From: Vicugna vicugna
Lineage: Eukaryota
Assembly: GCA_013265495.1 (NCBI GenBank)
Contig: MU057930.1
Location: 1,318,057-1,382,056 of the forward strand
Direction: 5' to 3'
Length of the DNA: 64,000 nt
Part shown: in pieces, positions 26,371 through 38,619 of the stretch
How the letters are laid out: each line of letters opens with the position of its first letter
Numbering within the stretch: position 1 is the first letter of the stretch
Notes under the pieces: generated by a model
Told to the model about the DNA's origin: nothing
Database searches by the model: none
Seen by the model: only the letters and a program-made list of their open reading frames with translations
Program-made: the position numbers and the translations under genes

Positions 26371-29231
26371 CCTCAAGGTCTCAGAGGCGGTAAGGCAATC
26401 ATAGCCAGAGGGCAGCGTGGCCCCAGGAGGACATCCCAGAGAACTGTGGTCAGATGCCCAAGACGACCTCTTCTGCAGGGCATTAAATTCCTTGGCACAC
26501 AGGAAGGACAGTTTCCTTTTGTCTACTCTCAGCAAGAACCAACCCCTTGAGGGCTGGGGTTCACAGTGGTCTGACCGTTCAGAACAGCCTCCTCTATCCA
26601 CCGAGCGGACGCGTGCCAAGATCTGGCGCATACTGGAGATGCATTTCTCAGACCAATTGACGTGCTGTCTGGAGCTTGCTTCGACCAAAAATGGAAGCAA
26701 GTCTGGGAGAACAGGGAAAAGTGCCTCTCTTGGCAGCTCCTGAAGCAAACATTTAGTGGAGTAGCTTATTACCAGTAAGACATTAGTAATAAAACATTTC
26801 AGAACAGTGTCCTGAATATTTAAGAATCCCCTCTACTCTTATTGCACACACTTTTTATCCCCACAAACTGCACCATTTTTGTTTTGCAGGAGGCACACAG
26901 GCATTTGCTGGTGTCTCCAATGCCTGGGGACATTTCACACTGTCACCACGAGGGAGGACGGGATGTTACCAGCAGCTAAAGGATGAAGACCAGGGTCGCT
27001 GCTCAACACCCCACATGCACGGGGCAGCCTCCCTCACAGAGAACTGTCTGGTCCGAGTGTCATCAGGGTAGATGCTGGGAAAGCCTGGAATAACAACAAA
27101 TTCCTGGTGAAAGCTGAAAGGTTTTCTTTGGGGATCCGAGGCTCCGAGTGGCCTTTTAAAGCACCCTTTTAGACACCAGGCTTGATGCAACTACTGCGGT
27201 CAGGTGCTCTGCTGCAGCGCAGCTGTTTGCACTTTTGCCAAGTGTCATTAGAGAGAACACTTAGTTACTAGGAATGAACTGTGTTCCTACGGCGTGAGCT
27301 GGTTTTTGCTACAGCAGTAGTTATTTTAACAACATGTCAACTAGACACAACATTGAGTTTCTAGGTAAAAATGAATCGTTTCTGGTAATAAATGTGCTAA
27401 ATGTGTTTCGTGTAGAACAAATGTAACTGTAAGAATCTTGAGACTATCTTACGAGGCTGGTTCTAAACTGTTTTTATCTGTCTTTTGTCCCCATACTCGG
27501 CCTGATCAAAGTCATTCCAAAAAAGCAGCCGACTCTGCAGGAGACACCACCTGCGAATGTCACGCGCAATCCCGTCTTTCGCTTGGCTGGACCCACTCTT
27601 GTTCACTGTAAAACCTGAAAGGGAGGCAGAACTTTCAGGACCCCAAGACGACATGAGTGAGTGCAGGGGTCCATCGAGGATGTGGTGCCTCCTGTCCCTC
27701 CCACACTCAGCGGGGCTGCACGCCAGCTGCATCTGCAGGGCCGCCCACTCTCCACACTCAGATCCCTCCCCTCCCTCTGCCCAAGCAGGAGGAAACTTCG
27801 CAGCATGTGGGGAGGGGCCCAGGGCTCCAGTTGTGTCACCGTGTTGTCTCTTCCTTTCGTCCTGTTTTGTTAACTGAGGCAGCCGCAAAGGGCAGCTCAG
27901 CCCCAACCCCCAGGCCCCAGCTCAGCAGACTGACAGGGCCCTCTGGCTTCTCTCTGTCTCTGGAATCAACTCCAATGAAGAATCTGCCCCAGGTCCTTGA
28001 TAAACAATTGTTCCAAGAGGGAGATTTTTTTTTTTCTGATAAAATTATGCTCACTTGTCTTGCTGTGTCTAACGTGACAGTAATAGTTGTTTTTTGTTTG
28101 TTTGTTTAATTTCCTACTTCTAATTTTTTTCTCAAGTGACAGTGATGAAACACGCGCTGAGATGCAGCCTGTGATGCTTCAGGTCCCCACAGAGGAGGTC
28201 GACGAGCTTGCTCCAGGAACGCGAAAGCCACCACTGCGTGTGTGTCTTTGATGGGAAGTGTTTGAAATGTAGGCCCCGTCTGCCTTTCATTTTTTGTGTT
28301 CTTTTCGTTGTCTGCCTTCCAAGGAATATACCAAAATTAATGGGTCCAGATAATCAAATTAATGAGAAAAAAAATTCCTGGAAACAATGCATATATGCTT
28401 AAGCTTAGTTCAAATGACAGCTAAGCGGTGTCCACATTAGGGATGATTTCGGTAGGGAGACACTAGTTTATATCTAAGTTTCTGTACTAAACTGGACACA
28501 CTGGGAGGGAGAGGGTCCTAATTTTGTTTCATCTCATTATACGCCACTCCTTGCCTACTGGAGTAGTTTAGAAATGAGGGTCACTGTGTAACACTACTCC
28601 ATCAGGATCACCTAAGACGAGGCAAGCTTTGCCTCAGTGTCTGGCTTAGAAGAAGACATGGGAAAATGGGTAAGACACAGTTCTGACTTGGAAGATCATC
28701 CAGTCTTCAGGGGGCACCTACGCCCCCAACGCTGAATAACACCTGTTCCCTGTTTCCCAATATGCTATGTGCCTGCAGGAGGGGCCCCTTGACAGAGGGA
28801 TCTGGAAAAGCATCAAAAATCAGGAAGAGAAAGGCTGGATCCGACAGCGCAAAGTCAGAATTAACTTCAGAGTCAAGAAGAGGAAGAGTGTTTCCGGAAA
28901 AGGAACGGCTTGTGCAGAAGGGTCTGCTGGGAAGTAAGACTGCATCATCAGGGTGATGAGAAGCGTGTTTCGTAATGAGAACGCACATCGACCCTTGCAA
29001 GTGCACGTTCACTCCTATGCGAAAGACTGCACACATCAGGGGTTAAAGGTTTCTCCATCGGAGACACGCTGTAAAGTGCGGCCTTGGTGTCAGTCTACAG
29101 TACGCGGAAGAAAACACCTCACGTGGGGTTCAGTGCTGCTTTACAAGGTTCTGCCCTCAGGCATTTCGGAATTTTTGTGGACTGGAGTCATGGTGTTTAC
29201 CAAGAAGCCAAGGGAACAAGATGGTGAGCGG
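26371..29231 (-). pseudogene. Linker exons (~29231-28720, 27614-27453, 27267-26970, 26739-26371)
   Basis: AG/GT boundaries. 26739-26371 is a fully open 123-codon frame (ELPREALFPVLPDLLPFLVEASSR...); 27614-27453 has one TAG near its end; the others contain stops. Confidence 0.55.
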
Positions 29232-31384
29232 CTAGCAAATCCAAGAATAAGAACTATGACACATGTGGCCTGATGATGAGTGTTTTTCTTAGTATTCTTA
29301 CTTGTTTGAGATTCATTTCTCTTTTCTCTTTAGGTCGGAGGGTGGGTTAATTTTAACAGCGGTGAGGAGCACACACCAAAAAAAAAAAAAATTAAGAAAA
29401 ACACGGGAAGGAGATTCCAAAGTACAAACTTCCAGTCGCAAATAAATGAGCCACAAGTATGAAATGCACGGGGGTGGGGGGTATTGCCAGTAATCACACA
29501 GTGTCTCTTCAGTGACAGGTCATGACTACACTTACCATGATAAAGAGACAGGGAGCGATTAGCTTGTATTGTGACAGACCACAACAAAACAGGGACAAAT
29601 TAGATTAAATAGTGATGTTTATCAGTACATAAGGTGCACAAGCCAGGATGCTGTGTAAATTAGAAATACAAATGTGGGGGGGGGGGATGAAGGCTGCTGG
29701 CTTCATGCACTGTGGGTTAAAAGCATCTTAGCTGAAGTTGCGATGATCTGAGCAATATTCTCCCAAAGGCGGGTATAAAGGACTTTGATTACACGACCAC
29801 GAATAGACGTGGATGAACTGTCCTTAAATGCCCCTTGCTAAAATAACATGTTGGAGATACCTCATCCTCGGAGCTTGCTCACGGACGTAATGTGTGTGTG
29901 TGTGTGCACAACCACACGTGGAATTACCCGCATGTTGGTTTGTGTTAACGTGATTAATGTTAATGTTTCCAGTTATCTGTACCCAAGACCACCACCGCAG
30001 AGCACTGGTGCTTCTGTCCCTTCTGTCTGTTTCAAGGGACACCAAACGTAGCACAGAACTGTTAGACTTGTTCCTGAATTAATTAGCTGGTGCAATTCTG
30101 TGACTTATCACCAAATCAATGTGTGAAAGAGCCTGTTTTACAGGACTCCTGCTGCCATACGTAATGAACCTGAAGGCAACCGAAGCTCCTGCCATGCCCC
30201 TAAAAAACACGTTATTTAGCATACATCTGGGTCTTACTGCGACGACAGCTAGTCTTCGTAAACCATGTATCAAAACTGTGTTTGTAACACATCCATCCTT
30301 CTGTTACCGTTGTTTGTTTGCCAATTAGCCATCCTAAAGCACCGAGTCTGAAAGCAGAGTGTTACAGCTCCTATAATTCAGCGCCATAAAACCAAAGCCT
30401 ATGCAATATATACTTTGTGAAATGGTTCTGTCGTTCAATCTAGGGTTCGGCAGAAAAAGAGGGACTCGTAAAAAGCCAAAACAAAACAAAGACCTTTCCT
30501 TGAAATACATTTTAGCACAGGATTGAATCTAAAAATAGTGCTGATTTCATGGGAAATACCATTGCCACATTTGATACCATATTCTCATAATTCACAACAC
30601 TGTAAACACCCCCCCCCCAGATTCACTTAACAGCACATATTTTTTCCCCTCAAAATCTAGTTATAAAGGTTTTTGATTCAATCCCATACACACACTTCTG
30701 GTACCAACCATTAAGGAACTGACAGCTAACATTGGTAAAGAGTCTGTATTTTACTTCAAATCCAAAGAGTGTTTGATATCAATTATGGAAGACAGCATAC
30801 ATAGTAAACAAAATACCAATAAAAAAAAGGACTAATGAAATGCATGGTCAAATATTTCCCCAAAACTATACATCAAAGTTACAAAACATTCAATTGCAGG
30901 AGATTTGTATCTTGGCATCCAGTGCAAATTATAGTCCTGTTTTTCCACTTCAGGGTCTCAAAATCATTGGATTTTACTTCAAGAAGTAATAAAAAAACAA
31001 ACAAACAAACAAACAAACATCACACACCAGAGTAAATAATTCGGTGTGTGAATCCCCAAAGCTTTAAGGAGTACGGATGGATGTATGTCAGTGTCTGGTA
31101 GGGCGGGCGTGTTCCATTACACTACAACGTGCAGAAACCTCACTTCACAAAGACAAAGCACCACCAGAGGCACGGTGAGCCACGCTGGTAAGAGTGAGAA
31201 ACCTGGAAACGGATCAGACTCTCCCTGACACGAACGACCCGGTGATTCAGACGGGAACTAGTCTCCAGGTGGCCGCTCTCCGGCACCAACATTTTTATTT
31301 AGTCTCCGAAGACGAGTTTCAAAGAGGCTATGTTAAAAGATGACCCCGGGTGAGCGTGCTGAGTAAATTCAATTTTCAGTTTCT

Positions 31385-33711
31385 TCATTTCCATTCTTTA
31401 CGATAGAAATCCTCCCCCAAACACCTAAGAGAAATTATTAAGTGCCATTCAGCTGACGGACTGCCATTCCCAAGGAGAGGCATTTTTCTCGGGCATGAGA
31501 TCTTTTTAGGGTGCTCCAGGGGCCCGAAGTTCAAAGACAGATTTATAGTGCTCCCGTTGCTATCCTGATTGGAGCTGGAATTAATGGGGAATATGCGATG
31601 GTAAATACTCAGCATGAGCCACAGATCCTTTCATTCCCACAGTCTGACCTTGTTCTGAGCCTCTCAAAGTCAAAATTCTGCTTTTCCTCGGTGCCTGAAG
31701 GGAGAGGGGGTGGGGTACAGGGTACTGACGGATACATCATGGCACCGAAGACCATGGAGAGAGGTCCTCCCTGGAGACACTGGATTCAGTGTCCTTCAGA
31801 GCTGGATCCAAAGATCCGGCGCTAATATCCATTCACCCTCGACCTGTGTTATCACCAGACCATGTGTGGCGGAAACACGGATGTCAAACAGAAAATGCAA
31901 ACATTGGCCTCACCCTGGGCCAGCGTCATAATGTTACGGTCTCCTGAAAGATGCATCCATGGACAGCTGACCTCAGGCGAGGCACGGGCCAGGAACTGGA
32001 TGCCCCGCCCCTCCTGGGAGTGTTTCCAGCCCACGTTACCGTGTCTGTAGCCCGGCCACAAGAGCCACTCCTGGTATGTGGGCATATCAGAGCCCAGCAC
32101 AAGCACTGTTCAGAGCAAACACATCGAGACACCATGCTGGTGGAATGCAGCCATCCCTCACGCGCTGGCTCACATCGCTCAGCCGTGGAACCACGCGCAC
32201 ACTGTGGAAGTGTGCTGCCAGCTGTGTGTGTGCACACCCTCGGGACGTGACCAGGGACGAGGTCCGCGCTCCAGTCCCAGCGCCATGCTCAGCCTACCCG
32301 GGGGACACACCTGTTCCTCACTCTGCAACTGCTTCCTGGACAGACGTTCAGACGGGTCGTCAGAGCAGCTCTCACACCTAGCTGTGAGAATCACAGAGCA
32401 CACGAGGGAAGCCCTGAAAACGGTGGGGGAGCGTTGGCAATGACCACGGGACGCAAGTGTCCTGCGGTTCTCATGAACACCAGCTCCTGACATGAGCCAC
32501 AGAGCCCGTTCCTGGAGAACAGTGACTCAGCATACACCGTTACCATATAAAGTATTTCCGAAGGTGCTTAGGAGTGTGGCGACTGGAAGATGTCTAAAAA
32601 TGCCTTCTTGGACCCACCATCCGACACGCACTGCCTGTGTTCCGTGGTAATGTGGCGTCTTCCCTGAACGGGTGAGTAATGACGGATGAGTGACAGACGG
32701 CTGGCGCCCAGCCCTACGGGAAGACTTCTCTTAGCAGCACGAAGCAGCTCTGAGTCCTTCACGACGTGTGTTGCCTCTGCACCCTCCCCTTCCCGTGAAT
32801 GTCACTTTATCACAGAGCGTATGGTACACCTCGATACATCATATGTTACGTCAGCAAGGGTGACAAACCTCATCTTGATGTTTTAAAACAAGTAGCTTCG
32901 GCAGAGAAGCCGTCGTCCCTGGTGTCTTACCCATCAGAGCACAAAGAGGCCCCTCAGCGAGACTGGAGATCGTCTCTACGACCCGCTGTCCTACCCGTGC
33001 GCGGATGCGGTCCCGGAGCGGTCCTGAGCCTGCTCTCCTCATGCAGCTCCGTTTGCAAGGCTGGTCCTCAGCTGCTTGCTCTCTGGGACCCTGGCTGTTG
33101 GGGGGGGGGGCCACCACTCCTCAACTGATAAGGGGGCTCACTGCGCCCAAATCCTTTGTACAAACACCAGCAGCACTCCTTCTGGGAGGCTGGTGGTTTG
33201 GAACCTGCTGAACCTTATGTGGCCAGCCCTCAGTAAGAAGCCTTGGGCGCTGGTTTCTATGAGGTTCCTTCATGGACAGGCTGATGCAGGTGCTCGGAAC
33301 GTCTGACACAGGTGGCAGTAAGCGTGTCTGTCCGCTGGGAGGGCCTGCAGGAAGGCTGCACCTGGTCTCCTCGGGACTTCCGGGAACGCCTTCTGCCTTT
33401 GCAGATTTCGCCTTGTGCCTGTTTGCCGTGATAAATCCTAGCCTGAGCTGGACTGCGTGCTCCGTCTTCCTAGGGAATCATCCAAACTGGAGGTAGTGGG
33501 GGGGGGAACCCCCTGATACAATCCCCCTTGGAAACATGAACACAAATATCCAGGCAGGGAAATCTCTTCCCGAAACTCACTGTATATTCAGTCATGACGT
33601 AAGCCTACAAAGCTTGTCCCTTAACACAAGGTCCAGTAAACTTCGCCCAGGAAGCCCCAATCAGGTCGAAGCATGTATTTCCTCCAAGGTCCAATATTTG
33701 TTTCACGTGTA
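31385..33711 (-). pseudogene. Five phase-compatible exons (33711-33609, 33094-32931, 32663-32544, 31694-31649, 31574 onward) encoding post-CDC25 domain copy 1
   Basis: Canonical AG/GT ends, phases 1-2-1-1-2; the spliced frame stays open for about 200 codons (HVKQILDLGG...RVGQRVVETISS...GKTPHYHGTQAVRVGWWVQEGIF...EDFYRKEWK*). Confidence 0.65.
33180..33520 (+). mobile_element. LTR fragment (MER21-like)
   Basis: ttctgcctttgcagatttcgccttgtgcctgtttgccgtgataaatcctagcctgag...ggaatcatccaaactggagg...ggaaccccctgataca resembles an LTR 3' end. Confidence 0.55.
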
Positions 33712-33864
33712 CTTAAAATGACACGCATTTTCTACTCCATGGGCATAGTTCCCTCTCTATACCCATTAAATCAAATGCATTATTTCTTTCAAAACCTTAA
33801 GCACACTGCTTTTTTTTCATTATTGATCTTAAAATTACAGAAGGAGGTGAGCTAAAATCTAAAA

Positions 33865-35181
33865 AAAATTGGCTTTAATTTTTCCATGTCTCTGTACTAA
33901 TTCTGCCAATTGCTGCCTCCTGTATCTCAAGGTTCCCCAGCATGAGATGGTTCAATCCACAGACTGCGTGAGACGGAACTGCGTAAGCAAACGCAGCCTC
34001 ACTTCCAGAGGCTGCCCCGGTTCCCTGACATCCGGGGCTAGAGCAGCTTCCTGCCCTTCCACCTGTACACCTTCCCTGAACGCTTCCGGCCACCTCTAGT
34101 TCCCGCCCCCACACCTGCAGGGGCACGACACAGACGTGAACTTCAGGAGGTGAGGACCAGGGATGGGGGGCAGGGGAAAGGAATGCGCATTCTGTCTGCA
34201 GACGTGCCAAATAAATGTAGCTTTCCGTAATGACCGGCTAGTTGGCTACATATACAAATCACTTCATCATAAGGGTGATTTTAAAATACAGAACGACAAT
34301 CACCATAGTCAGTAACACTGAGAACGTGAAAAGCAGATGCTAAAAATACCTGCCGGGCAACTGTGAAAATTTAACATCAGCACCTACGCTGTTTATTGCA
34401 GAATTAGACCCGCCCAGTCTTCAGCTTTTGTCTTAAGCTGAAACACTGGCAGGGCTCTCTCTTGGGATGAGCCTGTTAGGTAGGGCTCCCCCGACCAACA
34501 AAATTAACAGGATTTCTCTTCACATCTGAGAAAACATCAATCCACGTTGAGTCAACTCTGCACACTCACAGAGTCTCCAATTTCCAGATTCCCCACATGT
34601 CTAATACACATCACAGTGTTATTTATGCTGTGTGAATTAAAAAAAATGAAAAGTGTTTCAATACATGTCAGACACGAAAGAGAAAATTGTGGAGTACTGA
34701 TTACAGAGTAGACCGGATCAAAAATAGGCTGCAATGAGTCAGAAAATTCAAGCAACCCATTTGAAAGTTAATTATGGTGCCAAAAGCCTCTCTTCGGGCC
34801 CCTTTTATGAAATCTCTGTTTTGCTTTATGATGGAAAAACAGAGGGCCCTTGAGGCGTTCTTTGCAAAGTAATTACTTCTAAAGGGAGAAACGTCAACGA
34901 TTCAGTGACTTAATTTAAATATCATACACATGCTTTCGCCCTGCCTTTCTTTCCCTCTGACATTTTTATAACATAAAAGGAAAGAAAAACAGATTTATCA
35001 GAATAGCAGAAGTAATTAGACTCAGATTATCAAAAAAAAAAAATCGCTGATGACAGCTTTTGCAGAATTGCGAGAAGTGATAAACCCCTGTTTCCAGCGA
35101 CGACCAGAATGTATTTGTTAAAAGTTGCACTCTCTCTACTGGGCTGAAGTCAGGTCTGAGCAAGCTGTTGATACGGACGTA
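33865..35181 (-). pseudogene. Three candidate exons after CDC25-1 (35181-~35020, 34878-34705, 34114-~33865)
   Basis: Good acceptors (ttccaacAG, ccctttAG, cccctgcAG) followed by long mostly open frames (YVRINSLLRPDFSPVERV..., SNYFAKNASRALCFSIIKQ...); donors partly uncertain. Confidence 0.5.
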
Positions 35182-35417
35182 CTGTTGGAAATTTTACATA
35201 GATGAGAGGGGAGAAGTAAGGGATGTTACGGTTTGGAGCATCTGATCCCACAGTGTTTCCTACCCGTGTGAAGATTCTACCAAGGCAAGGGTCCCATGGG
35301 TGAGATGGAGGAGACGTGGGAAAATGCTCAGCCAGTTAACGTGTTGTTTAAATGAGCTCACGCTGCAACAGGTGTCAATACTGACCAAAGGTTTCTTACG
35401 ACGATCCGCAGACTTAC

Positions 35418-35659
35418 TGTGTTCTCCCCTTCCGTCTCAGCCCACGTGTCAGACGTTTTCTCCAAAGTCTTTATTACAAAATTATAATCCTGTCCCTAAA
35501 ACAAGTGCTGAACAAATTCATCTTACCCAGCCAGTCGTGGGCGCCCCAAATCTCTATCCTCCACATAATTAGGCGTCCAGGAAGGGGGGACGTATTCCCT
35601 TGCTGCAGTATGGGCAGGACAATTAACTTATGAAGTGCGAACAACTTGAAGGCATAGGA
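35418..35659 (-). pseudogene. Exon: C-terminal end of CDC25 domain 1
   Basis: gtgttcAG...CA|GTAAGT; SYAFKLFALHKLIVLPILQQ, frameshift, GQDYNFVIKTLEKTSDTWAETEGENT. Confidence 0.6.
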
Positions 35660-36203
35660 CTGAACACAAGCACGTCTATGAAAACGCATGTACCAAAGAG
35701 GAGGGCTGCGCTGGGACGGGCTGGGCACGGGGCGGGTGGCATCAGAAAGTCAGCGCGTGGGCGAAAGACGGGGTGGGCTCTGCGACAGGGCGCCCAGGGG
35801 AGGCACCAAGGGGGAGCCAGGAAATTAACGGAAAGCAGAGTGACAGAGAGACGGGGGTGCCTGGCGAGTCAAGGGCTCCCTACCAGAGTTAGGCAGCGTT
35901 CTAACCCGAGCTTCAGCCAACGGAGCCACGTTCGCTATGACCAGGTGTGATGTTTCTCCTACCTCCAGTCCCGACGCCTCTCCCCAGGGTGGGCGGCATC
36001 TTAAGGCCAGTGCCAACTCGGTCACGTGTGTAAACCTCTGTCTATACACACGTGACTACATTATCCCACCGAGAACGAGCCGTGAACTGGCAAACCGTTC
36101 CAAGTGCGCCCGGGCAAGGATGAGCAGGACACCCCCCACAACATGTACAGAAGTTTAAGGCAATGGTCAGATACGTGCCGGGCACTGGGCTGTTCTGACT
36201 GAC

Positions 36204-36322
36204 CTGAGGTTTAGACAATGGGCATACCCAGGGAGGCTGAGACGTGAAACGTTCTCCAGGGTGTTCTGTAGGGCGACGAAGGGAGCTACGAGGCAGGGCG
36301 GTGAGAGGGGGGAGGCATGGAG
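36204..36322 (-). pseudogene. Exon: CDC25 domain 1, PC(I)P motif
   Basis: tttaatctcAG...CAG|GTCAGT; open frame PCLPPLTALPRSSLRRPTEHPGERFTSQPPWVCPLSKPQ resembles PCIPFLG..L.DL..I.EG.PD....INF.K. Confidence 0.7.
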
Positions 36323-37149
36323 CTGAGATTAAAGGACAACTTCTACTTTTCGGGATGAACTGGATTACGAGCAGGCCACTGTTTGCTGCTGGTTTTAAGT
36401 GCAGAAGCATGCCGGGCACTAGGTGACAGGGTGACAGTGCCTGGTCTTCTCAGGGCAGCCACGGGCAGCAGCAGACAGAGCCCAGACGGACAGACCACGA
36501 GAGCGAGGCCGCGCCCTCACACCCCGTCCGCACAGCAGCGCGAGCGGCTGGTCAAACGGAAGACCCGCACGGGGCTCAGCATCTGCCCCCGACTCCAGGA
36601 AGGTCCCCGGTGCAGGGTAACAGCCACCTGCCGCAGCAGCACCTGGACGCCACACCTGGGACAACGGAAGGTGGGCGTCAGAAGCCAAACACTGACATGC
36701 GAGTGTCAGGCAAGGATTTTAAAACACCAAACATTCTTCAGCCATTACACTCCAACAAATACATAGACACAGACAGAAAACCTACGCAAAAACGAGAGAG
36801 AGAAAACCAGATGTAAATTACAGACATGAAAACTGGAATACTTGAAACAAGAGAAGGGAAGACAAAGTAAAGGCTGTGTCTGAACTAAGGACAGCTGCAG
36901 ACATGCACCGTCACTGGCCCTGCCCCACAAGCCCTGGAGATGTCGACACTCGTCAAGCAGAGGGAGGCGACACACTAGCTGGCACACTGTGGCGTTCTCG
37001 TCTACACACAGGCACAAAGAGCACAGGAAAGGATAACCGGGTACCTGCACACGTTTTTTGCTTAAAACTCCCACGTCCTTAACTGATAGACTTTTCAAAG
37101 CAAGGATAAGAACAGCTTTTCTAGAGTTGACAACATGGAGAAGAAGAAT

Positions 37150-38450
37150 GCATCGGGACAACAATCAGAGGCTGTCAGGGGAGAAAGGGCATCATACTGA
37201 TGTGACCTCTTCTAGGGTATGGAAGGCAACACTGGCACTTCAGGGAGGAAGGCTTAAGTCCAACCGCACCAGTCATCGCGCCGAAGGAAATGAGCTGAAC
37301 GCCCCCAATTCGAGCACAGACACTGACACCACCTCACAAAAAGACAATTACATCCTTCCTACGGAAATGCATGTGAGCCAGACAGGCACTTACAAGCTAA
37401 AAGTAGAAAAGAGATAGAGGAACCTGGATCACGCTGATCAAAACAAATCCATAATAGGAAAATCAGTATCAACGTAAATTCTATACCAAAGAATATCAGC
37501 GTACATAGAGACGGTCGTTTCAAAATGACGCAGGAGTCCCTTCCGCAACAGGATGAGACAGTCCTCAGAACGTCCTCACTCAATGACAGAGCTTCAAAAC
37601 ACTGGAGGGAAGACCGGACAGGGCTGTAAGGAGACGCAGACAAGCCTGCAGTGAGAGCAGAAGCTTCAGTACTCTTCCAGCAGTGGGTGACTGTAAATCG
37701 ACCATACTTCAATCAAAACAGTAACTGACAGAACAAGTGCACACATGAGGAAGGACTCAAACAGAGAGAAGGGCAGGAGGCACCAGGGAGACCCTGGGTG
37801 TCTTTAGAGAACAGCCACCCAACACGAGCAGGAGGTACAGCTTCTCCTGCCGGACTCAGAGCATCCGCCGAGGCAGACCGTGCCCCCCGCCAGGAGCATT
37901 TAAGTCATAAATGGGATGTTCTCTGACCACAGCAGAATCCATTTGAAAATCAGGAACAGAAAGCTACCTGGAAAATCCAAAAGCATCTGACAATGAACAC
38001 CACATTTCTAGGGGTCACAGAAGAAACAAAAGAGAAACAAGCATTTGCTTTGAGCCGAGGGCCTTTAAAAGCACACCTGACACAGATGCGGGAGACGCAC
38101 AGGCAGCCGTTACTACCGGGAAGCACCAAATTCCTGCGTCTGAAAAGGAAGGAAAATCTCAAATCCACGTCCTCAGCTTCCTACGTGAAAAGGAGAAACA
38201 GAGGAACACAGTAAGCAGAGGAGAGAAATCACAAAGGCCAGAATGGAAGTCGATGAAATAAGGAACAGAAACAACACACGACACCAATGAACCCAAAAGC
38301 TGGTTCTCTGAAAATACCAGTAAAATCGGCAAACTTTTAGCAACGGCGACCACGACAGAAGACTCACTGCACTGATATAAGGAACAGAGAGGCAATATCA
38401 CCAAAGTTACTACCAACGTTGAAAGCACAGTTAAGAAAGACTAAAAAAAA
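37150..38450 (+). mobile_element. Ancient L1 ORF2 endonuclease-region fragment
   Basis: A-rich degenerate L1 motifs (ctctgaccacagcagaatc, ccaatgaacccaaaagctggttctctgaaaa). Confidence 0.7.
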
Positions 38451-38619
38451 AAAAAAAAAAATTTTTAACAAACTCCTTGGCCAAAAATCTTTAACCACGA
38501 AATGCAATGTTAACTTTAGGTCCTCGGGTACCCTCCACCATGTTAAATATTATGTTACATACAGCACTATATATGTGTATGTATATAGTATTTATGTATG
38601 TATGGTGTGGATTTGTTTG

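Noticed and set aside
31753..31843. Extra exon between 32544 and 31694
   Set aside because: It would need an intron of under 60 bp and a weak donor, and the flanking exons already join in phase without it.
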